A DNA stretch of 64,000 bases from Gemmatimonadota bacterium. Lineage in GTDB: Bacteria; Gemmatimonadota; Gemmatimonadetes; Gemmatimonadales; GWC2-71-9. The position numbers were made by a program, and so were the translations under genes. The stretch is from positions 4,242 to 68,241 of the forward strand of contig JBDHLU010000005.1 in the NCBI GenBank assembly GCA_039656555.1, given 5' to 3'. The notes under the pieces were generated by a model, which worked only from the letters and a program-made list of their open reading frames with translations, made no database searches and was not told the origin of the DNA. Shown in pieces: positions 38,170 through 47,152 of this stretch (its first letter is position 1; every line of letters starts with the position of its first letter).

Positions 38170-38330
38170 AAGATCCTCTTCGGAATATTGCCCAAGACAA
38201 CCAATCTGTACTCTGGGATCTCGATTCAGCAATCGAGCGAATCCGAGCCGTTGCGGATTGCTCCACGGTCGCCAACCTTCCAAGGCATCCGACTGTCTTA
38301 CGGTATCGACCCCCTCCGAGGCGCTCTTGC

Positions 38331-40748
38331 ATGCATCACCTCTGGTCTGATCTGCGTTTCGGCCTCCGGCACCTACGCCGGGAGGCCGTGTTCACGGCTG
38401 CCGCCCTGGTCACTCTGACGCTTGGTGTGGGCGCGACGGTCACACTCTTCAGCGTGGTCAATGCGGTGCTCATCCAGCCACCCGTGTTCGACGATCCGGA
38501 GACCATCGTCCGGCTCTACGAGACACGCGAGAGCACGCCCGGTGTCCTGTCGAATATGGCGTGGCCCGATGTCGTGGATGTCCGGGACCGCTCCACGACC
38601 CTCGCCGACGTCAGTGAGAAGCAGTACTGGGCGCCCACGATCCTCGAGCGTGGGGATCCAGCTCGGCTCTTGGGAGCGTCCGTGATGTCCAGTTTCTTCG
38701 ACATTCTCGGCGTGCGGCCTGCGGTCGGCCGCTTCTTCACTCCAGACGAGGGTGAACTCGGCCACGAACCTGTGGTTGTCCTCGGGCACCATCTCTGGGT
38801 CGATCGGTTCGGCGCAGACTCGTCGGTCATCGGCACGACCGTGAATCTTTCGGACGCGGTCTACATGATCGTCGGCGTGGCACCCGCAGGCTTCGAAGAT
38901 CCAGAGCGCCAATTCGACCTCTGGCGATCCCGCCCCTCGCATTTCTCGATGGCGGTGCAGTCACGGACCGGACACAGCATGCGTCCGATCGCGCGGATCC
39001 AGCCGGGGTACACGCTCGACCAGGTGAACGCAGACCTGGCCACGATCTCGGCAGGCCTGCTCGAAGAGTATCCCAACGCGAAGGCAGGTGACGGGTTCGT
39101 CGCCGTCCCGTTGATGGAGGTGATCGTCGGGTCGGGCCGTCGAGCAATTCTCACGCTGTTTGGTGCGGTCACCGTCCTGCTCCTCATTGCATGTGTCAAC
39201 GTGGCGAATCTACTCCTGTCACGCGCCACCGTGCGGCAGCGCGAGTTTGCCGTCCGAACGGCCATCGGGGCCGGACCACGACGGCTCGTGAGCCAACTGC
39301 TCACCGAGAATATTCTCCTCGCGGCGATGGGCGGCATCGGTGGGATCATCATGGCCATCGTCGCGGTGCGTTTGCTGGGGACCTTCACGACCGGGATCCC
39401 GCGCGCGGACCGTGTACAGATCGACGCGATGGTTCTGGTGTTTGCCCTCGTCGCGACCGGCGTCGTGGGAATCATCTTCGGACTCGTCCCTGCGTTACAG
39501 GCGAGCCGGCCCGACCTCGTCGCAGACCTCAAGGACGGAACTCGCAGCACGTCCGACGGCGTGCGCGGGCTGACACTCAAGAACGGATTGGTCGTCGCGG
39601 AGATCGCGCTTGCGCTCGTGCTGCTCACGAGCGCCGGCCTCCTCACCCGCAGCCTGGTGAACATCCGTGATATCGACCCGGGCGTGCGCGTGGACAACGT
39701 CTTGACCATGAAGCTCGACCCTTCGACGCAGCGGTACCCGGCCCACTCCGACCTCACGCGCTATTGGGATGAAGTCGTCATGAGCGTGGAGGCGATTCCC
39801 GGCGTCGTGCACGCAGGAGCCGTGAGTTTTTTGCCACTCAGTGGTGGATTCGAAGGACAAGGAATCCGCCGGGCCGACCAGCCACCTCCCCCACCGGGAC
39901 AAGGACTCGGTGCGGAAGCACGAGCCGTCACCCTGGACTATTTCAGCACACTCGAAATCCAACTCAAACGTGGTCGACTGTTCACCACCGCCGACGATTC
40001 GGCCAATGCCCCCGTGCTCGTCATCAACGAGGCGCTCGCGGGCGCGATGTTCCCCGGTGAGGAGCCGCTAGGCAAATCGATCGTCGTTCGGAGCGTGCCA
40101 CGAGAAATTATCGGCATCGTCTCGGACGTCCGACAATTTGGTGTGCTCTCCGACACGCGTTCGGAGATCTATGCACCACATGCCCAACCGTTCGTGTCTT
40201 GGATTCGGGCGACCATGGACCTCGCTATCCATGTCGACGGCGACGCGATGGCGGTCGCGGCCACCGCGCAGCGCAAAATATGGGAGATCGACCCGCAGGT
40301 ACCGATCAGCGACGTCCGCACGATGGCGCTCTGGGCCGCCGACGACATCGCGGCACCACGATTCCGCACATACATCCTCGGCCTATTCTCGATCGTGGCC
40401 CTAGCACTCGCTGCCGTGGGCATCGCGGGCGTGCTCATGTACGCCGTCTCACACCGAACCCGCGAATTCGGGGTGCGCGTGGCGATCGGCGCAACACGAT
40501 CGGATCTCTTGGTCCTCACGTTCCGCCACGGACTCAAATTGATCGTGGCAGGGTTGGCACTCGGGCTCATTGGGTCGTTCGTCGCGACCCGCGCCCTCCG
40601 CTCGATCCTGTTCGATATCGAGCCCACGGACCCGCTCACGCTCGCCGCCGTCACCGGCGTCCTCGGCGTAATCGCGGTCACAGCCGTCCTCATTCCCGCA
40701 CTGCGTGCCACGCAGGTGAGTCCGTTGGAGGCCATGCGAGCAGACTAA
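38331..40748 (+). CDS. ADOP-family duplicated MacB-like ABC permease, second copy
   Basis: 805 aa with the same architecture as 34378..36816 (..FTAAALVTLTLGVGATVTLFSVVNAVLIQPP.., two FtsX modules ..REFAVRTAIGA.. and ..REFGVRVAIGA..). Confidence 0.85.
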   Translation: MHHLWSDLRFGLRHLRREAVFTAAALVTLTLGVGATVTLFSVVNAVLIQPPVFDDPETIVRLYETRESTPGVLSNMAWPDVVDVRDRSTTLADVSEKQYWAPTILERGDPARLLGASVMSSFFDILGVRPAVGRFFTPDEGELGHEPVVVLGHHLWVDRFGADSSVIGTTVNLSDAVYMIVGVAPAGFEDPERQFDLWRSRPSHFSMAVQSRTGHSMRPIARIQPGYTLDQVNADLATISAGLLEEYPNAKAGDGFVAVPLMEVIVGSGRRAILTLFGAVTVLLLIACVNVANLLLSRATVRQREFAVRTAIGAGPRRLVSQLLTENILLAAMGGIGGIIMAIVAVRLLGTFTTGIPRADRVQIDAMVLVFALVATGVVGIIFGLVPALQASRPDLVADLKDGTRSTSDGVRGLTLKNGLVVAEIALALVLLTSAGLLTRSLVNIRDIDPGVRVDNVLTMKLDPSTQRYPAHSDLTRYWDEVVMSVEAIPGVVHAGAVSFLPLSGGFEGQGIRRADQPPPPPGQGLGAEARAVTLDYFSTLEIQLKRGRLFTTADDSANAPVLVINEALAGAMFPGEEPLGKSIVVRSVPREIIGIVSDVRQFGVLSDTRSEIYAPHAQPFVSWIRATMDLAIHVDGDAMAVAATAQRKIWEIDPQVPISDVRTMALWAADDIAAPRFRTYILGLFSIVALALAAVGIAGVLMYAVSHRTREFGVRVAIGATRSDLLVLTFRHGLKLIVAGLALGLIGSFVATRALRSILFDIEPTDPLTLAAVTGVLGVIAVTAVLIPALRATQVSPLEAMRAD

Positions 40749-40776
40749 CGATTTGAGCGCGGAGCGGAGGTGGCCG

Positions 40777-40881
40777 ATGCGCTTGCCGAACGCCCAATGG
40801 GCCCTCGTCGATGATGCGAAAGTGGCCGATTATCTGCTGTCGTTCGACCACCCCGCTTGGCTGACGCAGGAGGCCAGATGA
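40777..40881 (+). pseudogene. Truncated DUF6883-like ORF (34 codons)
   Basis: MRLPNAQWALVDDAKVADYLLSFDHPAWLTQEAR*. The N-terminal pattern (..P.A....vd..Kl.dYLLs..HP.G..) is recalled from DUF6883 proteins, which are much longer. GGAGCGGAGG lies upstream. Confidence 0.3.
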
Positions 40882-41000
40882 ACGAACTCGAGACAGTAGT
40901 GCTGACACATGACGTGCCGTCGGCCCGGTCTTACAACAGGGGGATGTCGGTACGGTCTGTACATCGTCGCCGGCGCAGATACGCACCGTTCTACCGTTAG
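40878..41000 (+). pseudogene. Frameshifted remnant of a DUF4926-like gene
   Basis: The ATG overlaps the previous stop (ATGA). MNELETVVLTHDVP... matches the DUF4926 N-terminus (from memory). The expected ..GL..GDVGTVV.. continuation appears only after shifting frames (PGLTTGG / GDVGTV). The 3' part is overlapped by the minus-strand gene ending at 40997. Confidence 0.3.
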
Positions 41001-43174
41001 GATATCCAACGCGAAGACCGCACCACCACCCACCCACCATCCCGGCGCTCGAACTCGAAGCTCACCCCTCCGCCGCAGTTGCAGCGTCGCCCGTAGGGTC
41101 GTAAGGTGACGCCCGTGTAGTACCGGTCGCCCGTTTTGCGTATCGGGTCCAGGACCCACCCCATCTGCATCCCATCCGCGGGAACGCGCGCCATCACGGA
41201 ATCTCGCGTCATCACCTGGAAGAGGTGGAACCACGGTTCGATCGCCACCGGCAGGATGTTGTCGCTTACGAGAATGCGAAGATCGGGACGTTCGTCATGC
41301 ACCCACGGATCTTCGATCGCGTTGCCGGCGGTGTCTTCGATCGATACGTCGCCAACGATGTATCCGATCAGCATGCTCTGAAGCTCGGTGAGCGTCGTCG
41401 AATCCGTGACCGCTTGTGGCCGAAGCAGATCGTACGCCAGTGTGCGCTCCTCGTCCGAGCCAACGAGTAGCGTGCGGAGCCATGGCCACGCGGTCGTGTC
41501 CGCGAGCCTTCGCAGGTAGTGCGCGACGGCAGCGCGGGTGTCATGGTCGTCTGCGTCCAGGAATCGCGCACGCAGGTCTTCGGTGAGGTCTCGGCCCTCG
41601 GATCGTAGCCGCATCCTTGCCGCGTCGAGCCCGCCGCGCTGCTTGACGTGATCGAAATATTCGGTGAGTGCTTGGGGGGTGGCATCTACGCCAGGGAAGG
41701 GAAAAATGTTGAAGTCATCTTCCTCCCGGACACCCCAGCTGCTGTACGTCGCTCCCTGGTCACCGGCCATCCATCCGAGCACTACCGGTCCGTACCCCAA
41801 CGTGGGGTTCACGAGGGAGGCGACCTCGTCCCGGTAGCGGGTGGGATCGGACTGGTAGGCACCCAAATAGAGCAGGTCACGGCTCCAAGGGTCATCCGTC
41901 GACCTTGCGGCGTCCATGAAGAGGGGGCCTGCCTCTGGCACGAACCCCGCGCTTCGTGTAATCACGCCCAACGCATTGGTAAAGAGCCCTTCTCGTGCGA
42001 CCAGGCGTCGGCGCATGACAAGGCGCGGTACCAATTCACGAATGAGCCATCGGGCTGCGTCGGTACCCAGCATCGAATCCGCCCCCTGATAGCCATACGG
42101 CACTGCAAGTAGCGTTGCCCGCGGTGCGACACGAGTTGGCTCGGCGAGCAGGACCGCGAGGAGTGCCGGGTTGGTGCGGCGGTCCACGGACAGGATAGCC
42201 CGGTCGACGTCCGCTCGAGTCTTTGGATCGTTCGCCTCTCGTCGGAGCCGCACGAGAGAGTCGAGCGCCGCAATACTGGTGTCGGCCAGCTCCGCCAGTT
42301 CGGCAAACGGTTCTTCGGGGAGTTGCAGTGAGACGTCGTCAGGGTAGCGACCATGCACCACGAAGTAGCCGCCGCGTTTACGCTCCAGCGCGCGCGGATC
42401 TTCCCCCCAGGCGGCTACGATCCTGACGACCAATGTGCCGTACACGTTGTTGGTGTCGCCGTCCGGGTTCGCGTAGGTCATGGACCCCCGGAGTTCGCCT
42501 TTGAGATCGAGCGAGTCCAAGAGGAACTCCTCGGTCATGAGCGCCCGCCCCCACACGGACCCTATCAGCTCGGTACGCAACGCGGTACCACGCCGATGCA
42601 GGTTGGTCTCGATGACCTGGGAAGACGTGAGATGCACGCGATGACTGACGAACACCGGCCGACGCGTCGCGTCAACGGACCTCCGCGGATTCACGTATCG
42701 GGAGGTCTGCACGGTGAGTGTGTCGGTACAGATGGCTATGGTGAGCGGGTCGAACGGCCGGCTGTTTTCGCCACCGTCCCGCAATGGCACGATCATGGTC
42801 AATGACATGGCGGCCAGCGCGCTCGTGGTGCTATGAAACGATTGGTCGCAATTCATTTCGGCCGCGCTCGTCAAGACCTCACCGACACCGCCGTTCCGCG
42901 ACGCGACCATCGAGACCCTTCTCGGCGTCCCGCGGATCGTGATGGTCATCGGGACAGTCCCAAAACTCGGCCACGGATGCAATGAATCCGGTTTGAATAT
43001 GAACGTGGAATCGTGGGCAACGACGTCCGACGGAGGAAGGCCGTCGGCCGCCCACCACGAGGTCTGTCGGGCGACGAAAACGCGCCCCGGTCCCGGGCCG
43101 AGCGCCTCTTGGGCAGACAAGGCAGCGGGAGATGTCATGAGCAGCGCGGACATGGCGATGAAGCGATGTCGCAT
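40997..43174 (-). CDS. Large secreted hypothetical protein (725 aa), no recognisable domain
   Basis: Start at ATG 43174, preceded by GAGGAGG. Signal peptide MRHRFIAMSALLMTSPAALSAQE. High-GC3 coding texture throughout, and no motif I can assign. Confidence 0.6.
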   Translation of the reverse strand: MRHRFIAMSALLMTSPAALSAQEALGPGPGRVFVARQTSWWAADGLPPSDVVAHDSTFIFKPDSLHPWPSFGTVPMTITIRGTPRRVSMVASRNGGVGEVLTSAAEMNCDQSFHSTTSALAAMSLTMIVPLRDGGENSRPFDPLTIAICTDTLTVQTSRYVNPRRSVDATRRPVFVSHRVHLTSSQVIETNLHRRGTALRTELIGSVWGRALMTEEFLLDSLDLKGELRGSMTYANPDGDTNNVYGTLVVRIVAAWGEDPRALERKRGGYFVVHGRYPDDVSLQLPEEPFAELAELADTSIAALDSLVRLRREANDPKTRADVDRAILSVDRRTNPALLAVLLAEPTRVAPRATLLAVPYGYQGADSMLGTDAARWLIRELVPRLVMRRRLVAREGLFTNALGVITRSAGFVPEAGPLFMDAARSTDDPWSRDLLYLGAYQSDPTRYRDEVASLVNPTLGYGPVVLGWMAGDQGATYSSWGVREEDDFNIFPFPGVDATPQALTEYFDHVKQRGGLDAARMRLRSEGRDLTEDLRARFLDADDHDTRAAVAHYLRRLADTTAWPWLRTLLVGSDEERTLAYDLLRPQAVTDSTTLTELQSMLIGYIVGDVSIEDTAGNAIEDPWVHDERPDLRILVSDNILPVAIEPWFHLFQVMTRDSVMARVPADGMQMGWVLDPIRKTGDRYYTGVTLRPYGRRCNCGGGVSFEFERRDGGWVVVRSSRWIS

Positions 43175-43467
43175 GAGACCCCTCCTCACGTAGGCTACCC
43201 ACCGATGCCGATGGGGGTCCCGACGTTCGCGATTCTCAGCAGCCACTACTGAACCCCGTTCCCGGTCGCAAATCGCCCGCTGCTGGAGAAGACGGCTGAG
43301 GATCTCTACCGGATGATCGTGTCGGATGAGGAACTCAGTTGGGACGAGTCCGGGGATGTGATCCGAGGAGGGAAGTGGTCTATTCCTTATAGTACGGCTC
43401 TCCGCATAGTACGGCCATCAGGCAGCATCTCTACCCGCCGCTTACCCGCCGCCCTATCTTCAAGCCC

Positions 43468-46416
43468 ATGACCTCCCAGATCGACCGCCTCAAGACCGCA
43501 CTGGCCGACCGGTATGCCATCGAGCGCGAGATTGGCTCGGGTGGAATGGCCACGGTCTACCTCGCGGAGGACCAGCGCCATCACCGTAAGGTGGCGGTCA
43601 AGGTGTTGCGCGAGGATTTGGCGCAGGCGTTGGGCGCCGAGCGCTTCTTGCGGGAGATCGAGATCGCGGCGCAGCTCCAGCACCCGCACATCCTGCCGTT
43701 GCACGATTCCGGGAGCGACGACGGGATCCTCTGGTACGTGATGCCGTACGTGGAGGGGGAATCGTTGCGCGAGCGGCTCGATCGCGAAGGGGAGCTGCCC
43801 GTCCAGAGTGCGACGCGGATTCTGCGCGAAGTGACTGACGCGCTCGCCAAGGCCCACCGGCAAGGCGTGGTCCATCGGGACATCAAGCCCGACAATGTCA
43901 TGCTCTCGGACGGGCACGCGGTCGTCACCGACTTCGGGATCGCCAAGGCCGTGAGCGAGGCCACCGGTGCGCAGAACATCACGACAGTGGGGGTGGCCTT
44001 AGGCACTCCCACCTACATGGCACCGGAGCAAGCCGTGGCCGATCCGAACGTGGACCATCGCGCCGACATCTATGCGGTGGGTGTGCTCGCGTACGAGATG
44101 CTGGCGGGCCGGCCGCCGTTCCAGGGTCCCAATCCGCAAAGCGTGCTGTCGCAACACGTCACCGAAGCGGCGGAACCGGTGACGAAGCATCGCAGGGCGG
44201 TGCCGCCCCGGCTCGAGGCGGCGATCATGCGATGTTTGGAAAAGAAGGCGGCCGACCGCTGGCAGACGGCCGACGAGCTGCTGGCCGAATTGGACGCGTT
44301 GGCGACACCGAGCGGTGGGACCACACCGATGCCGGCGGCGCCCGTTGCGCGACCGGCCTCAAACGGTAAGCGCGTGGGGATCGCGGCGGTGACTGTCATG
44401 GCGGCACTCGCCGCTGTGTTCTTCGTGGTCGATCCGTTTGGTGGTGAGGAGCCCGCGGTGCTCGACCCGGAGGTCGTGGTCGTGCTGCCGTTCGCGGTCA
44501 CGGGCCCACCGGACCTGCAATGGATCGGCGAAGGGATCGTCAACCTGTTCGAGAGCAACCTTGCGCGGAGCGAGGGGCTGCACGCGGCAGCGTCACAGGC
44601 GTCCATCTCGGCGTGGAAACGGGCCGGCGGATTCGACGCGGGGCCAGAAGGTGCGCGGTCGACGGCGATCGGACTGGGCGCGGGGTTATTGCTTCAGGGC
44701 AACATGGTCGGATCGAATGACCGGATCACCGTCAACGCGACGCTCACCTCCCTGATCGACGAGACGGAAGAACGCGCGACCGAATCCGGCAGCGTCGACA
44801 GTCTCGCGACGATCGCGCAGCGACTGTTGGGCCAACTCGTGGCGCTCCAGGCCGGTGCGGATGCGGAGGTTGCCGCGGTACTCGGCGACGTCCCGCCGGC
44901 CGCACTCCGTGCCTACCTCGTTGGCGAGATTTCCTATCGCGCCGGTGCCTTCGATTCGGCGTGGGCCCAGTTCGGCCGGGCAATCGCGATTGACTCGACG
45001 TTCGCACTGGCCGCGTTGGGGCATGCGAGAACGAGCGGATGGATGCTGTCGCAGCCGGCGTCTCCAGGTATTCGATTGGCGTGGGCCAACGTGGACAAGC
45101 TGCCCGAGCGCGACCGGCTCTTCCTCGGAGCCATCCGCCCGAACTACCCCAACCCGATTAGTTACGTCGATCGCTTCGAGGCAATGGATCGTGCCACGCT
45201 GGTGATCGGCGATCGGGCAGAGCTGTGGTACTACCTCGGCGACCGGGCATTTCATTACGGCCAACTGGTGGGGCTGACACTCCAACAGGCCGAGCAACAA
45301 GCCTGGGCCGCCTTCGAGCGGGGGCTAGCCATCGATCCGGCGTTCGGCGGGATCAACACGCACAAGTTCGACCGCGCGCTCATGCACGAAGATTTTGTTT
45401 TGTACGACGCGGTCGCCGACTCGTTTCCCGACATCGCCGCGACACATTACCTCCGTCTTGCCGCGGCAGTGGCGAAGGATGACTCGGCTGCCGTTGCGAA
45501 ATGGTTCGCCGAAGTGCCGACCATGTCGTTCAACGACATATGGGGATCAACCGGGACGGTCTCCTTCTTTGCTCGCGACCCCACCATGGGGACGCGTGTG
45601 GCGGAACTGGCGCTCACGAGAGCGACGACGGAGCAGGAGCGTACGGCCGTATTCGACGCGATGCGCGCCGCCTATTGGAGCGGTGGACGGCCCGGTGACG
45701 CTGCTCGCGTGACCGACCGCATGTACAGCGAGCTCAGGAACGCCCGCCGCGACGATCCGAGGCTCATTCAGGCGGCGCTGTTCCTGGACGGTGATCGTGA
45801 GCAGGCAGAGGCGGTAGCTACGGACATCGAGCGCTCGTCGTACTTCACTGGTGACCTGTCCGGTGCCTCGGCGAGCGAGATCACCCGCGTGTGTTTCTCC
45901 GCCCACTGGCGACTTGCGCTGGGCGATTCGTCGGCAGCGCGACGTGTGGCGCAAAGACTGGCCACAGTGAGCACGGAACGCGGGTCGAGTGGCGCGGCGG
46001 TGCGCGCCTACGTCTGCGCCCTCGAGTTGGAGGCACTCATGAGTGCGCCGAACGCGCGGGCAGATCTTGTGGCACGGCTGGACTCCATTGGCGCAACTGG
46101 ACCGGCCATCTCGTCCGCTGGCCGGAACCGACTTGGGGCCGTGCTTGCGCAGTTGTACGGCTTGGCGGGGCAGCCGGAACGCGCCATGCGGGCAGCGATG
46201 CGCTTTGATGGGTTCGATTTCTGGGGTTGGTCAGCGTCGGTTCGAGAAGCGACTCGGTACGCCATCGCCGTGGGCGATACGGTCAACGCCGCGACCATGT
46301 TGGACTACATGTTGGACTACTATCTCCGTTCGCGCGGTAATGCGGAGCCTGGGCTCAAGGCCGAAGACGATGCGCTCCGCGAGGCATTCGCGCGGTTGGT
46401 TGGGGAGGGGCGGTAA
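43468..46416 (+). CDS. Membrane Ser/Thr protein kinase with extracytoplasmic TolB-N-like module and a large TPR-like helical domain
   Basis: 982 aa. GSGGMATVYLA...VAVK, HRDIKPDN, DFG, APE motifs. TM IAAVTVMAALAAVFFVV. ..VVVLPFAVTGPPDLQWIGEGIVNLF.. module, then an alpha-helical repeat region. Confidence 0.85.
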   Translation: MTSQIDRLKTALADRYAIEREIGSGGMATVYLAEDQRHHRKVAVKVLREDLAQALGAERFLREIEIAAQLQHPHILPLHDSGSDDGILWYVMPYVEGESLRERLDREGELPVQSATRILREVTDALAKAHRQGVVHRDIKPDNVMLSDGHAVVTDFGIAKAVSEATGAQNITTVGVALGTPTYMAPEQAVADPNVDHRADIYAVGVLAYEMLAGRPPFQGPNPQSVLSQHVTEAAEPVTKHRRAVPPRLEAAIMRCLEKKAADRWQTADELLAELDALATPSGGTTPMPAAPVARPASNGKRVGIAAVTVMAALAAVFFVVDPFGGEEPAVLDPEVVVVLPFAVTGPPDLQWIGEGIVNLFESNLARSEGLHAAASQASISAWKRAGGFDAGPEGARSTAIGLGAGLLLQGNMVGSNDRITVNATLTSLIDETEERATESGSVDSLATIAQRLLGQLVALQAGADAEVAAVLGDVPPAALRAYLVGEISYRAGAFDSAWAQFGRAIAIDSTFALAALGHARTSGWMLSQPASPGIRLAWANVDKLPERDRLFLGAIRPNYPNPISYVDRFEAMDRATLVIGDRAELWYYLGDRAFHYGQLVGLTLQQAEQQAWAAFERGLAIDPAFGGINTHKFDRALMHEDFVLYDAVADSFPDIAATHYLRLAAAVAKDDSAAVAKWFAEVPTMSFNDIWGSTGTVSFFARDPTMGTRVAELALTRATTEQERTAVFDAMRAAYWSGGRPGDAARVTDRMYSELRNARRDDPRLIQAALFLDGDREQAEAVATDIERSSYFTGDLSGASASEITRVCFSAHWRLALGDSSAARRVAQRLATVSTERGSSGAAVRAYVCALELEALMSAPNARADLVARLDSIGATGPAISSAGRNRLGAVLAQLYGLAGQPERAMRAAMRFDGFDFWGWSASVREATRYAIAVGDTVNAATMLDYMLDYYLRSRGNAEPGLKAEDDALREAFARLVGEGR

Positions 46417-46433
46417 GGGAATAACATCTCGCA

Positions 46434-46690
46434 GCACTCGCCTCACCTGCCATGCGCTCCCTCCGCTACACTCGTGCTCACCGGCCATGCGCTCCCTCCG
46501 CGCACTGCGCCGCGCCACTCGTGCTCACCGACCATGGCTCCCTCCGCGCACTGCGCCGCGCGAGTACGGTGAGATCTCGACCAGGTGAGCGCGCGCCAAC
46601 GTGCGCTGCGGGAGCCATGGTCGGCTCGCACTCCCCACTGAGCGCGCGCTGACGTGCGCTCTGGGAGTCATGGCCCGTTCGGCTCGTCAC
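46434..46690. repeat. Cluster of GC-rich REP-like elements: 3 direct plus 2 inverted copies of a ~45-50 bp unit
   Basis: The unit core CCATG(G/C)CTCCC-n3-GCGCAC-n4-6-GCGCGC occurs directly at ~46450, ~46485 and ~46532. It occurs inverted at ~46583-46620 and ~46640-46673. Copy 3 and the first inverted copy share perfect CCATGGCTCCC / GGGAGCCATGG arms. Confidence 0.8.
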
Positions 46691-47123
46691 TGATTGGGGT
46701 AAAAGAGTGTGTGCAGGGAGCGGTTTGTTGCGGCCACCGAAGCCCTTGAGGGTTCCTACCCCGTCGCATGTTGCGCACTTGGCCGGGCGCCTCCAACGCC
46801 GTCCCGCTCCGGCGCTGGGCCCAACCGAGTTGGCTTAGTTTCTCGGGGCGATCCCGGACGGCGAACTCGGCATACTTCAACACGGCCCTCGTGCTGCCGA
46901 CGAGGTCGTCGAGCGCCTCGTCTTTCATCGCGTGCTGCTCGCGAAACGCCGTCTCGGCGCCGACGGTCGCGGCGCGCGCTTGTGCGTAGCGGTCGAGCTT
47001 GGCCTGCAGCTCGGCCGGGGGTACCGGCGGCGTCGGAAAGTCCGCCGCCGCGTGTTCGAGCCCGTCAGCCACCAGCGCGGCAAGCGCGGCGATCTCGGAC
47101 TCGGTTTCGGGAAACTGGGCCAT
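46668..47123 (-). CDS. Hypothetical protein, probably 3'-truncated
   Basis: 151 aa. The N-terminal ~115 aa looks coding (MAQFPETESEIAALAALVADGLEHAAADFPTPPVPPAELQAKLDRY...LSQLGWAQRRSGTALEAPGQVRNM). The tail RRGRNPQGLRWPQQTAPCTHSF.. looks non-coding, and the last ~8 codons lie inside a REP-like copy. Confidence 0.45.
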   Translation of the reverse strand: MAQFPETESEIAALAALVADGLEHAAADFPTPPVPPAELQAKLDRYAQARAATVGAETAFREQHAMKDEALDDLVGSTRAVLKYAEFAVRDRPEKLSQLGWAQRRSGTALEAPGQVRNMRRGRNPQGLRWPQQTAPCTHSFTPISDEPNGP

Positions 47124-47152
47124 GATAGACTCCTCGCATGAGTGAGAAAGGG

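Noticed and set aside
43262-43467. Short open frame reading ...PLLEKTAEDLYRMIVSDEELSWDESGDVIRGGKW... upstream of the first kinase
   Set aside because: It has no start codon giving more than 52 aa, no recognisable family and no RBS. It may be a gene remnant, but that is unsupported.
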